64,000 nucleotides of DNA from Thermodesulfobacteriota bacterium (GTDB lineage Bacteria; Desulfobacterota; Desulfarculia; JACQYL01): NCBI GenBank assembly GCA_963675595.2, contig CAXXLZ010000002.1, forward strand, positions 4,416,001 through 4,480,000. Reading direction: 5' to 3'. The stretch's first letter is position 1, and the number at the start of each line of letters is the position of its first letter. Below, one piece after another: positions 61,355-64,000 of this stretch. The position numbers and the translations under genes are program-made. The notes beneath the pieces were generated by a model, which did no database searches, had not been told where the DNA came from, and saw only the letters and a program-made list of their open reading frames with translations.

Positions 61355-62728
61355 ATGGTGACGCAAAAGGCCGTTCGGTATGGATTCCATTGGACGTTCA
61401 AGGCGCTATGTGGAATTCCCTTCCGCTCCAAAGTACGAGAGGCCTGGGGATTGTCCCCGGCGGAGTACCGGCTCTTACAGGCCCGCGTTTTTCGAGAATG
61501 TTACTCCGACGCCCTGCGAACTTCCGATCATTACGCAGCACGTCGCGAGGTCTACCCCGACCTTCCCGCCGTCGGCGGGTTTGAACTCCTGAAGTTTCTC
61601 GAAGGGCTCCCCGTTGTCTCAAAAGAGGAAGTCAGGAGACGTCCGGAATCCTTTTGGGCCTCCAATCATCCGTTTCGAGCTCCGGTGCATACCACCAGCG
61701 GTACCTCGGGAACCCCTCTTCGTATACGTTCCTCCATCGGGGAACGCAGCCTGTCGCAGGCGATCCTGCAGGACTGGTTCGCCCGGCTTTGCCGTACGCG
61801 CCGACCTCGGACTTTGTTTCTATCCGGGTTCATGTCGCCGTCGGAAGGATCGAGAGAACTCTTCTGGCGCGACCCCCTGACCCAAAGCGTCTTCCTGTCC
61901 ATTTATTCCCTCGGGGAGAGGAATCGGGATCGGGTGCGGCGGCTGTTGAAGTCCTTCGATCCGAATCTCGTGTACGGGTATGCCTCCGCCGTGCACCAAC
62001 TGGCCCGCCTTACGGGGTCCGGTTGTCTGAAAAACACGGCCGGGCGTGCCGCAGTGACGACCTCGGAAGTGCTTTATCCCGATTGGAGGAATGAAATCGG
62101 GGAAGCCTTGGGTGCGCGGGTGTACAATCTGTACGGCTCTCAGGAAGGATGCCACCTGGTTTTGGAATGTCCACAGGGCGGGATGCACATCCATCCATTG
62201 ATCGGGATCATGGAGATTGTGGATGAGGCGAACCGCGGCGTCCTTCCGGGCCAAATGGGGAGGGTGCTGGTTACCGGGTTGAACCGGAGAACCATGCCCC
62301 TCATTCGGTACGATTTGGAGGATTGGGTGGAATACACGGGATATGATACTCAATGTTCTTGTGGGCTCGGTTGGCCCACCATCGGCCGGATTGTGGGGCG
62401 AAGCGAGGATTTGGCGGTTAAGAGAAGCGGTGAACGCATCGGTTACCTCTGTTTTCACGCCACGAAAAATCTGAAAGGGATCGTGGAAGCCCAGTTGGTG
62501 CAAACAGGTTTTCAACGGTTTGTCATGAATGTGGTTCTCGATTCTCACTGCGCCGCCGATCGCCGAACGACGGAGTCCTCCGTTCGCGGAGAGATTACCC
62601 GGAGAATGGGGGAGCCTGTGGAGATCGAATTCCGCTATGTTCCCACCGTTCCCAGAAGTGCCCGGGGGAAATTCAAGGCGGTGGTGGTGGACTTCCAATG
62701 CAAGGAGCCGTCTGAACGAGGGGCTTGA
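61355..62728 (+). CDS. Phenylacetate-CoA ligase-like adenylate-forming enzyme (CapK-like)
   Basis: TTSGTSGTP, GYAS, YGSQE, MPLIRYDLED, GRSED and GKFK motifs. Confidence 0.85.
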   Translation: MVTQKAVRYGFHWTFKALCGIPFRSKVREAWGLSPAEYRLLQARVFRECYSDALRTSDHYAARREVYPDLPAVGGFELLKFLEGLPVVSKEEVRRRPESFWASNHPFRAPVHTTSGTSGTPLRIRSSIGERSLSQAILQDWFARLCRTRRPRTLFLSGFMSPSEGSRELFWRDPLTQSVFLSIYSLGERNRDRVRRLLKSFDPNLVYGYASAVHQLARLTGSGCLKNTAGRAAVTTSEVLYPDWRNEIGEALGARVYNLYGSQEGCHLVLECPQGGMHIHPLIGIMEIVDEANRGVLPGQMGRVLVTGLNRRTMPLIRYDLEDWVEYTGYDTQCSCGLGWPTIGRIVGRSEDLAVKRSGERIGYLCFHATKNLKGIVEAQLVQTGFQRFVMNVVLDSHCAADRRTTESSVRGEITRRMGEPVEIEFRYVPTVPRSARGKFKAVVVDFQCKEPSERGA

Positions 62729-62917
62729 TTCCGGAATTTCCAAAGCCCTTTCCGTCACTTCAGAGAAGGGAGATGCCGGGTTGTCCAAGCCGGTCCAAGG
62801 GAACGCAGCATATGAGAGCAGCGGGCTTCCGAGGGGAGGAGTATTCATGGCCGATAATATCCCATTGACAAAGCGTAAGCCCGCGGCCGAAAATTCTTCG
62901 TTCTTCCGACGGTTTCG

Positions 62918-64000
62918 GTGAACGTTCTTGTCGGTCTTGAAATGCGGTTCGTCCGAACGCCCGATGGGCGGGTTTGGACACCCGGCGTATTCACTCCCGA
63001 TTTCTGGGCCAGGTATTTGGATGTCTTCGATGAGGTACTCGTGGCGGCGCGTGTACTGGCTCGGGCCCGGCCGCAAAGGGATTGGGTTCGAGCGGATGGA
63101 GATCGGATCGCTTTTCTGGATTTGCCGCCCTACAGGGGGCCCCGGGAATACTTACGCAGCCGAAGGCGCTTGGGGGCCATTCTACGGCGAGGACTGCGGC
63201 CCGAAGATGCGATTATTTTGCGGGTCCCTTCCCAGATCGCCCTGGCGATTGAGAAAAGTCCGGGAAGACACGGCCGGCCCTTCGCACTCGAGGTCGTTGG
63301 GGACCCCGGTACCACTTTTACCAAAGGCGGTGTGTCGCATCCCCTGAGATGGTTTTTTCGTCTTTGGTTCGGGATTCAGCTGCGGAGGCAGTGCTTGCGA
63401 TCCTGTGGGGTGGCCTATGTGACCTCCGGCACGTTGCAGAAGCGTTACCCGGCCGGATCCGGTGCGATGACCGCGGCCTATTCAAGCATCGACCTTCCAG
63501 ACGACCGGATTTCTTCGGCTCCGCGGATCCATGGAAGGCATCAAGGGCCGTATCGGCTGATTTCGGTGGGCTCCATGGAGCAGCCCTACAAAGGATTCGA
63601 CGTTCTTCTCGACGCGGTGGCGAGATGTATGTCCCAAGGGTGGGACCTGGAACTTGAAATCCTCGGAGAAGGCCGGTATCGAAGACGCATGGAGTCGCTT
63701 CGGTCGGTTCTGGGGCTTGAGCGGCGGGTGATTTTCCGGGGACACGTTTCCGGCGAAACGGTTCGGAGTCGGATGGACGCCGCTTGCCTGTTCATACTAC
63801 CATCGAGGACCGAGGGATTGCCCCGGTCCGTGATTGAAGCCATGGCCTCCGGATTGCCGTGCATCGGGACTCGGGTGGGCGGAATCCCCGAGTTGCTCGC
63901 CCGCGAAGATCTGGTCGAGCCGGGCAATGCCTCGGAATTGGCCGAAAAGATCATGGAAGTGCTGGCCGATCCCTCACGTTTGGACAAGATGTCCTACAGG
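62918..64000 (+). CDS. Glycosyltransferase family 4 protein (runs off window end)
   Basis: Not in the ORF track because no stop is in the window. Manual translation from GTG 62918 gives VNVLVGLEMRF...FWARYLDVFDEV...EVVGDP...YKGFDVLL...EGLPRSVIEAMASGLP (EX7E). Confidence 0.9.
   Translation, partial: MNVLVGLEMRFVRTPDGRVWTPGVFTPDFWARYLDVFDEVLVAARVLARARPQRDWVRADGDRIAFLDLPPYRGPREYLRSRRRLGAILRRGLRPEDAIILRVPSQIALAIEKSPGRHGRPFALEVVGDPGTTFTKGGVSHPLRWFFRLWFGIQLRRQCLRSCGVAYVTSGTLQKRYPAGSGAMTAAYSSIDLPDDRISSAPRIHGRHQGPYRLISVGSMEQPYKGFDVLLDAVARCMSQGWDLELEILGEGRYRRRMESLRSVLGLERRVIFRGHVSGETVRSRMDAACLFILPSRTEGLPRSVIEAMASGLPCIGTRVGGIPELLAREDLVEPGNASELAEKIMEVLADPSRLDKMSYR

Overview
A GC-rich bacterial chromosome segment whose gene content and order suggest Desulfobacterota/deltaproteobacteria (inference). 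About 1-47 kb is mostly housekeeping: mtnA, gatB, polA, queC, wrbA, nth, tldD/tldE, two prs copies, serA, ispE-tRNA(Gln)-prs-rplY-pth-hppA, carD, rluD, rho, rpmE-DUF1385-prfA-prmC-murA and comEC. From 48 kb there is a large secreted RCC1/PKD-repeat protein, then a Wzy-dependent exopolysaccharide locus that runs off the window end. I found no rRNA, CRISPR array or mobile element. The best candidate for a new system lies in the apparently empty 12.0-13.5 kb gap: two tandem 26-aa hydrophobic peptide genes missed by the ORF track. Each has a strong RBS, they follow a sigma-54-type promoter with IHF-like and palindromic upstream sites, and they precede a 2-TM multi-PAS hybrid histidine kinase. Other oddities are a Wzc-like kinase with a DUF4388/PATAN-like insertion, a motif-degenerate prs paralogue at the ancestral locus, and unusual C-terminal modules on two secreted proteins. 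All family calls come from reading motifs by eye; no database searches were run.
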